In this document: piece by piece, positions 27,201-39,200 of the stretch
Layout: every line of letters starts with the position of its first letter
Numbering within the stretch: the first letter of the stretch is position 1
Source of the DNA: Phoronis australis
Lineage: Eukaryota > Animalia > Phoronida
DNA: 64,000 nt
Reading direction: 5' to 3'
Assembly (NCBI GenBank): GCA_002633005.1
Contig: NMRA01000179.1
Span: 643,247 to 707,246, forward strand
Notes under the pieces: model-generated
Database searches by the model: none
What the model was told of the DNA's origin: nothing
Seen by the model: only the letters and a program-made list of their open reading frames with translations
Translations under genes and position numbers: made by a program

Positions 27201-30200
27201 GCAAAATACACGGAATTAGCTGATTTATCACAATAATTATCAAGACACATAAAATAGGGGTAATGCTTTAGGGTCAAGTAACCTCTAAAACTGGGTCCAT
27301 TTAGGGAAAAAATCGAAATCCATAAGAGATTGAAATATGAGCCCTGAAGCTAGAGCGTCTGGGGTTTCAAATGACTTTTCACGGAATTGCCCAGATAGTT
27401 GTAATGACGATAGCGATGGCTATAAGTGATGAGCACGACGACAACAGCAACGATTATAATGGCTTGATGAAGATAATTAAAATGTTAACATACCCAAAAT
27501 ACATGTTCCTCTCAAATTATCAACGTCGTAATTATTCGTCACTGCACACCAAGGACCGTACACATCCTCGCCAACGTTTGTCAATAAGCACCTGGTCACG
27601 TAGGTGCCGTTAAAAATAAAAGGAAACACACAAGGCTCTTGACGATCGGTCAGTATAGGTTCTATAATGGAGTGAAACCAAACAAGCATTAATCAGGGAC
27701 TCATGGTATTCAATATTATTCTAATCGTTGCCCATGATTAAGCAACAACATTTTTGCAAGTAGCATAGAAAATGTTGAAATCTGACAGATGTTCCCTTTC
27801 TTTAGTCAAAAAGCATTCATGCGAAAAAGGTGTTTTCCCTAGAACGACAGCATGCTTCAATAAAACATTGAAAAATTCGCAGCACTAAAGCTCATGTAGC
27901 TGCACATGGGAAGTAAAGGACAAGTCAGTACAAGGGCTAGAACGTGCACATTTCTTTCGAAAAGAACGACATATTTGATCCACCAACAATTGGTAGTGCA
28001 CACCAGAGTTAATTACATTGTGGGATAGAAAGGCATTCACTAGAATACGCTATAACCGCATGCAACAAAGTGACACTTAGTATAACTCGGCAGTATTGCA
28101 CTTCTGGTGCAGAGTCCGTGTAAAACGATAAGACACACGTTGTTGGATAGCTTCTTTCTACATTTCTCGTCTTGCCAAAAGCCAAAAAGAATCTTTAAGC
28201 GCGGATTGCATCTGTGCATTAGCTCCTCGAGCGACATAGTTAAAAGAACAAAATACAGAAGTTTTAAAGTCATTCTATACAGAAATACTTCGAATGTATA
28301 GTACATCATCGAAAGCAAGAGATACAAGAGCAACGCGGAGCGTTGAAATGCGCCCACGAATGCATCGTAAATGGTGTGCTATTGGGGTTATTTATCTGTA
28401 TTATAAAAATGACCACTAGATGGCGCACAAACGTACAATCCATCCAAAAACGGGAAGATGCCATATTTCATAAAAAATCATCAAGAATCTTGAGAGAAAC
28501 AAAGGGAAACCGAACACAATGAAATTGCCGCTTGTGGGCGTAACGTCGTTCCATCCGCCTGAAAGTCGTCGTCTGTTATCTTCATATAAATTCATTTACT
28601 AAATTTAATAAAGATCCTGCTGTGGGTTTGGAGATACAGCTATGGGCGCAAAGCAAAACAAAACTACCGGAAGGAGGCGCCACAGTAGTCAGTCGCCATC
28701 ATTAAACGTCCTCTTCAAACTGAAAACATATAAGCCAATCTTCAAAACCATCCCTAATATGATTTGGTTGATCGAGGGGTGGACGCCAAAAACAAGATTT
28801 TAAAACAGAAAAATGACCTCCAGGTGGCGCAAAAATACTCGATTACATGCAAAAACAGAATGATAGCGTCAGCTCACCAATAGATGCCTATATTCAAAAT
28901 TTTATGAAAATCTGTTGAGGACCTTTGAAAGTACAGACTGGTAAACGTAAAAAACTAAAAGTCGTCGTCATCCATTGTCAACGTCATACAAATATAGTTG
29001 CTAAATTAAGTAAAGATCCTGCAAACGGTATAATAGCTACAGCCTTGAGCGCAAAAAAAACAAAACTGCCACTAGGAGGTGCCACAGTAGTTGAATTGCT
29101 GGAAAATCAGAAAATCGTCGTCAGCCGTCTACTTCATAGTAAAACATACATGCAAATTTTCACAACTTTCCCGGGCTGAAAGCGGTTAGGTTGACAGACG
29201 AGTGGACGCCAACAAACAAACTCGAAAACAGTAAAAATGGCCCCTAGGTGGCGCAAACTAGGTCGAATGCATCTGAAAACAGAGAGATAGTGTCATCACA
29301 TTAACAGATGCCTGTATGCCATATTTTATGAAAACACCTTGAGGATTTTGAACACACAGAGGTAAACGTAAAAAATAAAATTGCCACTAGGTAACACAAC
29401 GCTTGTCAGATCCACCTGAAAGTCGTCGTCCACCGTTATTAACATCATAAAAATACACTTACCAAATTTAGTAAAGATTCTGCGAACGGTTTAGGGGATA
29501 CAGGCATAGGCGCAAAAAAACAAAACCGCCACTAGGAGGCTCCACAGTAGTCGAAGACGACGGAAAATCGTCAGCCGTCTACTTTACATTAACAACATAC
29601 ATGTCAATTTTCACAATCATCCTTTGAGCGATTTGGTTGAGAGAGGGGTGGATGCAAAAAACAGACTCGAAAACAGCCAAAAAGGCCACTATGTGGCGCA
29701 AATTACGTCGAATCCATTTCAAAACGAGAAGAAAGCGTCACCTTTACTAATTTGTGCCTATATACCAAATTTTATGAAAATCCGTAAGGAGTTTTGAAGA
29801 TACAGAGGTAAACATAAAAAACTAAAATTGCCACTAGGGGGCAAACCGGTAGTTGGAACCGTCCGAAAATTCGCTCATGCCGTCCCATCTACGGAAGGAA
29901 CAAATGTGTGGAGATAGAGCAGCGGACGCCCGACGCCGGACGGACGGATGCCGGGCGGACACCGGACGGACGTCGGACGGAAGGATATGACGGTATAATG
30001 CGTCCACAAACAAATATGTGGGCGCATTAAAATGAGTAGCCTCACCTGCTGTGCCCTCTGGCTAGCTATACTGGCCTATTGATATTTGATCACCTGTTCT
30101 ACAATAGTACCCTATTGCTACATGCATGTTGTGAATGATTCATAGCATAACATCTAATACCATGTTTCACTACCCACCGAGGACTCATCTTATTATGAAT

Positions 30201-33200
30201 ACTAAAGGGAGTAATTAACTCTGATCAATAAAAATATAAACATAACAACGAACATATAATGTCAGAATAAGTAATTTAAACTGTCGTACAATAAAAATAT
30301 ATAGACAAAGGAATGAATTTAAATTTAGAGAGGGAAAAATTATATACATGTAGCATACTGGTGGCCTCCCACAACTTCGTTAGGGGTCGACGGCCAATTT
30401 CCTTAGAATACCAACTGGAGGCGAAATAAGCACACCAAGAAGACTTGTTGCCAAATAGTATAATAGAATTATGTATTAATGAGTTTAAAGCAAAAGGAAG
30501 AATTTTCACTCAGCCTGAAGCATTCGTAGCTTTGAGGACCTTAAATAGTTGGAATTCGTGTGACCAAAAGAATAGTAGAATTGCTGAATTTTCTCAAGTT
30601 TTAAAATAATTGTTTTGTCTAATAAAAAATTCGCCGGTTTTTGTGTCCGCAAAGCACAAATGGAGGACAGATGCACATTATTTCCATTCAGGCGAGACGT
30701 GGACTGTTTTCAAATTTAGAGGTGTTTTGTTTAAACACGGTCGTATGTGGATGACTTTTCATGCTTTACATTTCAACCACCAGTAAAGGCAGCGTCAGGC
30801 AGTCAAACATCAATTGCTGGTACTTTGTATCCGTTTCACGATATGACGATAAAAAGGCATTTACGGTCTAGAAAGGTCTTTTATCTAATCTATAAACAAA
30901 ATGGGCACTGTTGATGAAATTTGACGCACTACTCTAGCAGTGAATCAGTGCACCCCATTACTGGCTATGGGAGATGCAACTTATGCACAATTTAATAATC
31001 TTACGATTACACTAAATACCACTCGACATATGAAAAGAACTGATAAAATTTGGATACCGTCAGAGGTCTTAAAGTCGCGAGTGCTCTAAAGTCGTGAACG
31101 ATCTTATATCCTCTTCTGCGCGGTCCCGCGACATCTGTCGTTGAAGTTTCCAGCGTTCTTCTGCTTGCGAACGTCAAACGAACACCCGGATGTGTTGGTA
31201 TTCACAATATGATAACAGTGAGTGAGTGGCTTCCTTTTTCAAATGTATCTTAAAAACAGCATTTTTCACTAATCCACTTTTTTGAGGATTTTTGGAAATA
31301 TTTTCGAAAATATTCATCGTTCAGATTTACTCAAACACGAGCTCCACGGGTAGCTCGAACAATGTATCAAAATGTCCTAGGGTCAATAAAGTTTTGTAAG
31401 GCCAAAGCAATAAAATACAGAGAGATAATTGATGCTGGGTCCTTAGCATTGAAAACGTCTGTAAACATTAAAGTTGGGTGCAAAACATATAACAATATAT
31501 TTCAATTGCAACTGAATTAATAAACAATGCAATGCATTTTTATGTCATCTAGAGTAACTGTACGAACTGTAGTTGACTTGTGTGGTCTTACTTCGTGTAT
31601 TTCCGTCTAACCGAACGGTCACGACTTTAGGGCCTCATTCAAAATGGCCGGCGATATCAGCGACCGTTTCAAAACTCTGCTTACGAAGACAAACAAGGAT
31701 TAAGATTGTCAAAACACGTATATTTGTTAAGGCTGATATATGTCCATGACATCACACGAGCAGTTGCTAACGGACATTGGGTAGTATGACAATCAGCACT
31801 TATTATGCTTATATTCACGACTTTAGGTCACCGGTGTCTAGTAGAAATTAATAAAAAATAGGAATCAAAACCAGGCAAATAAGACAACGCTTTTGCGCTC
31901 TCTGTGATTTCTATTTATTGATTGTAATATTTAAAATGAGGGTGACCACTTCACTTTAAGTACGGCGATATCAGAGGGTTTTTAAAGACAACATGGCCGT
32001 CATTCAGGAATCGTTCCTAAAGTGATGCACCATGAACTCAGGACATGGAGCTAGACAGGAGTAATCGATGAGGCCAAAGAACAAATTTGTTCTCAAAACA
32101 GCTTTTAGTTTGATAACAGAAACGAGCTAAACATTTTACTGTGTTACCTTTTACTTGAGTTAGTGAATTCAATTTATTTTACAGACGGACTTTAAAAAAT
32201 CTTAACTAGTTAAAACTTGACGGCCTGGCGCGTCGCTTTTGAGTAAGGTAACCTGCAAGAGTTCCTTGGTTTCGGATTTGCGATAGGGCGGAATTTGGGA
32301 GGGGTGCGTGCAAAATGTAGGCGAAGACAAGGGAGTTCGTGTCTCCAATAATGTTTAGCTGCTTGCAGAACTGGACATAAATGCGTGCTACTTACTGCAC
32401 TTGTAGTGAACTTCGAGATATGAACCAGTTGACACGCACTTGCTGTTTAAATCGTCACTGCTCGCTCTCACGGAGCACTGCGTCATATTTTGGCAAGCAT
32501 CTTTAATGGCGTCGGTTGCGTCTGAGCTGCATGAGTTGTTGGAAAAGGTTTGCGCAGGGTGTCCGCAATATGAGGTGTTCTTTCCTCCAAAGACAGCACT
32601 GACAACGTCAATAAGCAAATCGTAATCACTGAGACCGACTTGAGAACAGTTCATCGACATTAGTTTCCCTTGACACGCATTTCTTACTCGTATCACACCT
32701 GGAACGAGAAAGATGCTGCCAAGTGACCAACGTTGGTTGCCTTGGTCGAGCACTACACTTTGAAGGATATAATGTGACATAAAACAATATCAGGTATCAA
32801 GAGCTTAAACGAGTATGGCAGATTGTTAGCATTGAAAAAAAGGTTGGCATAGGGCAAAAATTAAATTGATGCAGCAGAGAGTACTGATGAGATGTATGCA
32901 TCAAATTATGCACACAGAGCACTTAGGCTGAAACTCGTGAATCGAAAGTGTCTGGGTAAAGCCCACCGCTAACGTAATAAATTTTTCAGTACTATGAGGT
33001 TAATTTTTCATAATTCATATCAACATCAATGTTGAATAATGCACGTGTTGAACTCGTGACGAAGCTTGAAGAGGCCCTGCACGTACACTGTGGCAGTTGG
33101 TCTGTACTCCATTTTCCCGAGGCAAGACACGTGGAGGATCCGTACTCGTACTTGAAACCGGCGCCACACGAATAGCCAACCGTACTGCCGTAAGTCGTGA

Positions 33201-36200
33201 CATTATGCCCAGAAATCAGGTTTAAATTCGGACGAGAAGGCGGCTGTTTGCAGTCAGTCACTAAAATACACCGCAAAACAGGATATCGTCGTTAAACACT
33301 AGTACAGGTACATGTAGCACCCAGTTGGTCTACCGTCACTGCCTCAAACATACATGTATGTCGAGTTTATTCATGATTTTAACAAGCACACTGCAATTTA
33401 AAAGGGTAAAGGCATATATATTTACACAAGACCACACCATTTATTCTCTGATTATGTGAAATACAAGATACACATGCACGCGCTTTTGTGACATCGATTT
33501 AGATTATTACACACACTTAATAAATTGAACATGAAACTCCCATTTCTGGCGACATTATTTGTTATTAAATTGCGTCTCAGCTCTATTCCCTGTCCCGACT
33601 TAAGAACTTACTTTGACACAGGGGACTTTTGGACCAAGTCCCATTTGCGGTGCACACTAACTCGGCGCCAGTAGTTGTATAACCATCTAGGCAAGCATAA
33701 TTAGCCTTTGACCCATACACCGTAGAATTACTGGCAGTAATATTGGCGTAAGGCGTCGCTGGAACTTGACCACAATCGAGAACTGAAGTAACAAAGATTT
33801 CAAGTAACATAGTCTCACACCATACATGTAAAGTCATCAAGACAATCTCCAAATTTGCAAATATGCATCTGTGGACAAAAAACGAGTGAGACCCAAGCCA
33901 GTGTGGTATTCTCGGATCTACGCAGTGACTTCAACCATAATCTATATATTTGCAAGACAATGCGCCTGTTAAAAAAGCAGAGGAAACAGTTGTCACATGA
34001 TATGCCAGACTTACTGTCGCACGTGGGCAAGGTAGACCAGTTGCCAGTGATCTCGCAGTTGCCATATGGAAGGCCTTGAACCTTGTACCCAGCATCACAC
34101 GATACTCCTACTTGGTGGCGATAACTAGCGAAGCTTTCGTTAGTGTCCAATTTACTGTTTGGTATGGTCGGCATGGGGCACTGTATACCAGAGGTGTCGT
34201 TTACGGCTTCAATAAACATAAATTCCTTGATCAGGCGTGTAATGCTTGAGGAAATATCAGACATGGCTTACTAGCGGGGAGGGAATTCATAAAAATTGCG
34301 CACTTTGTGACAAGTTTTTGCAAATTGGTACAATGTTAGAAATAGGTAAAACATTTCTATAAACCACCGCAAACAAACTGTGCTAACCCCCTGGCGGCCG
34401 CTACGCACAAAATCCAATATGGCCGCCGCCGAAAACGGAAATTGGCATATCTCGGCTATAATCATCGCTAGAGAATAATGTAAGTCCATGTTTTCAATAT
34501 TTTTGGGTGCGAGGAGTTCATTTCTGCTGTTAGTTTCATGTTTTCATGCCATTTACATCTTTGTACACTGTCTCTGGACTGAAAATACCAAACACTTGGC
34601 CCCGCGCATTGTCCCCGGCTAGAAAATGTCAAACGCTTGGTCCCTTTATGTTTGTTTGTTGGAATCAGGCTGCATATAATGTCTGAAAAGGTAAATTAGT
34701 GATTGGTTTTACTTATTTTAACTCATAATTTCAGATCTGTTTCCGTCAACATCCATTGCGTTGAAAACTTTACCTCAACATGAGTGACGGCAATCCCTTT
34801 GAAATTCCTAAAAGAAAGGTCACCAACTGGTCATTATGTTGCCTTTGCCAAGAACAATCTAACAAAGAATTGCGATCCCCATATAAAAGGAAGTGTTATC
34901 ACAGTGCCTACCAAACTCTTGAAGACGATTTGAATCGTTTTGTCAACAATGGTGTACATTTACCAGTGGGAGTGAACTTGGATTGCCTGGATGATGGTTC
35001 AGGAATAGCTAAAACATTGCTAAAGAATGAAGCTAAATACCACAATGGATGCCGAGGACTCTTTCGCTCATACATTATGCAGCGAAAATTGGACAAAAGG
35101 ACCAGGGAAGACGCTGATAGTGAGAAGAAATCGAGTCCTGAAAAAACCCGGTCAAGTTTTAATGCTCACTTGGATCGTACCAATATGCAGTGTGTCTGCT
35201 GTGAGAAGTATCAAAATGAAGATGATGAACAAATATATAGAGCTAGAAGTCACAACTGTAGCAAAAACCTCAACAGATGGGCTACAGAATCCAAGAACTG
35301 GGTGGTACTTGCACGTTTGAACTCTGCTATTGACGCTCAGGCTGGTGATGTCCATTATCACATATCGTGTTATACTCAGCTGAAGAACGAAGCTCGAGCT
35401 GCCCAGTCTAAGTCGTCGTGTGCCAAGGAAAATGTTAGTCAGCAATACGATCCCTTGATAATCGCTCAGCTAGTAGCGTTTGTGAAGTTCAACCACTGCA
35501 CCTTCAAGCTTGCTGATTTGAGAAAGCTTTATGATCGTCGTCTGAAGCAGATGAACTCTGATTGGATTGGTGTGTATGTGCACTCAAAAAGGTTCAAAGA
35601 ACATATTATAGAAAAGCTAGGGTCCGATTGGTCTGAATACTCAATGGGTCGTGATATTTATATCTCTCATAAGAAGACAAATAGCGCCGCTGTGGCAGAG
35701 ACGGCACACCTCCAGGTTACTGAGGACGAGGCTAAGAAGATTGCTGAAGTTGGTGTCCTGCTTCGTAAATATATTCTTCTACCACAAGCGCCATTCAACG
35801 GGTCATTCAATTCAAACTATTCCAGTGAGCCAGTTCAGAAACCTCTTCTGACCCTTCTAGATGTCTTGCTCCAGGGTTCGAACTCTATTGAGGAGAAAAT
35901 AGCAGAAGACCACGGGACCATCAGCGCCAGAATGAGAATCGCCCGCACTATCTCTCAACTGATATGCAGCAATGCCGCAAAACAAGCTAGCAGAGCTGGT
36001 ACTCTCTACCAACGTAAAGAGAGAGAGACACCCTTTCCACTATGTGTGGGACTGAAGCTGCATGCCAATGATCGTCAGGAGGGAATCATTAGAGCCTTTC
36101 ATGAGTTAGGCATGTCAGTGTCTTACGACCGTGCCATGGGTGTCAGAAAGGAACTTGCTCTATCTGTGTCAAAGCGGTTTGCCGAGGATGGAGTCGTTGT

Positions 36201-39200
36201 GCCTTCAAATAGCAAGCGGGGAGTTTTCACCACTGGCGCAGTTGATAATATTGATGAGTCTGGTCGCACTGAAGTTCATGGTACTGCCATTTCTCTGACC
36301 AGTCTTCCCACTCAAACAAACCCTGGGCTGTCACCTCCAACTCTAACCATGCAGACTGATGATATCGGCAAAACCAAGCTTCCTGATGACTTTGCCATTG
36401 TCCCATACATTGATGAGATTGCTGGAGATATCACCCTTCAACCTATTCCAGCTGGGACAGCCAAACCTTCCTTCACTGAAAATCCCCGAGCAGAGATCCT
36501 TGATGAAGCATGGCTCAATCATGTGCACATTGTTTTTACTGAACATGACAGACAACCACAAGAGGTTCCAGCGACCTACTCTGGGTTCTTTTCACATGCC
36601 CAACCTTCAGAAAACGTCAGACCAAGGGCGACAGTTGGTGTTTTTCCTATTTTCTATGAAAAGGCTTCGACAATGGCCATGCAGAAACACGCAATGCTTG
36701 TGGTCAAGAAGGCAACATAGTTTGTAAATCCTGGCCAAGTTCCAGTCATAGAAGGTGACTGTCCTCTCTATGCTCAGCAGAAAAAATGTCAATGGGGGTA
36801 CCCTGATGAAGTCGGTGAATCAAAAATGGTATGCTTCATGGGCATGCTTCACATCGAAATGGCATCTCAAGACTGTGGAGGTAAACTGTTGGACGGATCT
36901 GGATGGGACCACATGTTCTCCCTAGCCAATGTTTTCACTCCTGGTGTTGCATCATCTCTTCTGGGTGGAAAGCATGTCAAGCGTACCAGATATGCATACC
37001 AGCTCACTCTTGCCTGGCTTGATGAGCTAAAGCAACAGGCATATAATGAGTTCTGTCATGAAGGTTATGGACCTCACGAAAGCTTTGATATGTGGGAAAA
37101 ACTAGTCAGCAATGCTCCAACAGTTTGTTACTGGAAAATTGTGAGAGACTACCTGCTAATTAACTGTCGCTTCATTCGAGGTCAGAGACTGGGCAATTGG
37201 CCATTGACGTTGAAAGCCTGTGAACAAATGTGTCCGTGGTTTTTTGCGTTTGGACACACGAATTACGCACGCTGGATGCCTGTTTTCTTGAGAGATATGG
37301 CACAACTTCCACAAACCCACCCTTCAGTGCACGAAGCTTTCAAGGAAGGGAAATTTGTTGTTCAACGTAGTGACAGGAAGTTTTCTTTGATGGCTCTTGA
37401 CCAGAGCCAAGAGCACAGTATCAAGTTCTTGAAGGAAGACAGTGGTGCAAAGGGACTCTATGGCCAACAAGAAGAGAAGGAAGTGATTGAGCTCTCAAAG
37501 CCAGAAGTGTTGAGGTTAATTGATGAGTTTGAGGATGCATGCTTCTCTACGACAAGAAGCAAGGACAATTTGGAACATCCTGAGTCTTCCATTGCTGAAC
37601 AAACAAAGTTTTTGAAGGACCTCAAAGCTCTATGCGACCTTGTGAAGGAGGGTCGAGTTGTCAATCCATTCAAGGAGACTGGCTTAGATCTCATTACTTT
37701 GGACACTGGTGAAATCATGGATCCTGAGATCATCAACTGCCTTAGGGAAGCTCCGAACATTGGTCAAGCCAAATTCACAGAGTTTGTTAAAACCAGAACT
37801 GAAATTTCTACCAAACCATTGTCTGACATCATTCCAAGGATCAACTTGTTTACTTTTGCCAACAGGCCACCCACTGATTTGAAGAAGGCTAGTGACAAGC
37901 TGGGATCTGCCAAAGCGAATACAGCTCTCATCACCAAGATGTTTATGTCACTCCAAGCTCGTCCTGAAGTAGAGATCTTAGATTTTTTCAAGCACGAAAA
38001 CCAGCGTGAACCCCCGTCATTATGCGATAGAGGTAAACTTCGGTCAGGAACAAAGTCTGATATTCTTGCATGTCTGCCTGGCATGCCTGTTCCTGGTCGA
38101 TCTCTGGCAGTCAAGGAAGCTTCTGTAGTGGTTCTCGATATGGCCGCCGTAATACATTTTATCAAACCCCAGCGTGCAAAAGTGTTTGGGGAGTATACAC
38201 AGATGCAATTGCTGCCATACGTGGAAAGCGAGATGACAGAGAACACAGGAAGAGTGGACGCAGTCTGGGACACATACAGAGAGGATAGTCTTAAGTCACA
38301 GACTCGTGTGAAGCGTGGTGAGACTGGAATGCGACGAACACGTGTCTCGGCTAAGATACCAATGCCCAGGGGAACTCAGTGGCAGACATTCCTCAATGAT
38401 TGTCAAAACAAGGACGAGCTCTTCCAGTTCATCAGCCAGAACCTTTTGAGTAACACAGCTGATTCACAGTACCAACTTGTTACAACAAACGCCGACCTAG
38501 TACTCAGCAACAAACCAACAGACGTATCAACATTGTCTCCATGCCTACAGGAAGAAGCTGACACGAGGATGATGCTGCATTTGCAACATGCAGCTGTTCA
38601 AGGTCACACCAAGGCTTACCTTAGAACAGTTGACAGTGACGTGGTGGTTCTAGCAGTCAGCTTCTTTCACGAACTAGGCCTTTCAGAGTTGTGGATTGGA
38701 TTTGGATCTGGAAAAAACTATAAAGATATTCCTATCCACCAAATCTCGCAAAATCTTGAGCCGCAGAAATGTGAAGTCCTCCCACTCTTCCATGCACTGA
38801 CAGGTTGTGATGTCGTCTCAGCAATGTTCGGGATTGGAAAACGAACTGCATGGAATGCTTGGGCTGCTTTCCCCGAGGTCACAGATACTTTTATTGCCAT
38901 CACTCATGACCCAACTATCCTCACACTTGACTCGCTTCATATGCGACACCTTGAACGCTGAACAGTACTAATGTACAGTAAGAACTCCGGGACACACTCT
39001 GTGAATGAAGCTAGAAAGCTTCTGTTCACCCATGGCCTCAAGACTCTGGAATCACTACCACCAACACAGCATGCTTTATTCCAACATGCTAAGCGTGCCC
39101 TGCTCACTGCAGCTTTTGTTTGGAAACAGTCCCTTGCCAAAAAACCCCAGATACCAAACCCAGATCAATGGGGTTGGGAATGGAATGCTAGAATTAAAAA

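Noticed and set aside
28040-28230. C-type lectin-like ending (WQDEKCRKKLSNNVC) on the minus strand
   Set aside because: Only a short motif, with no convincing splice sites or upstream CTLD features.
31056-31835. Degenerate TIR element with TAAAGTCG(T/C)GA inverted motifs
   Set aside because: Inverted motifs are visible but termini and TSD cannot be fixed, so it is left unannotated.
37458-38273. Antisense or overlapping ORFs within the Academ and Kolobok coding regions
   Set aside because: Shadow frames of real coding sequence with no independent motifs.
36718-38961. Programmed readthrough, selenocysteine or an alternative genetic code at the in-frame TAG and TGA of the Academ ORF
   Set aside because: Two different stop types, each explained by one substitution in a transposon copy. 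Nothing else in the window suggests recoding.
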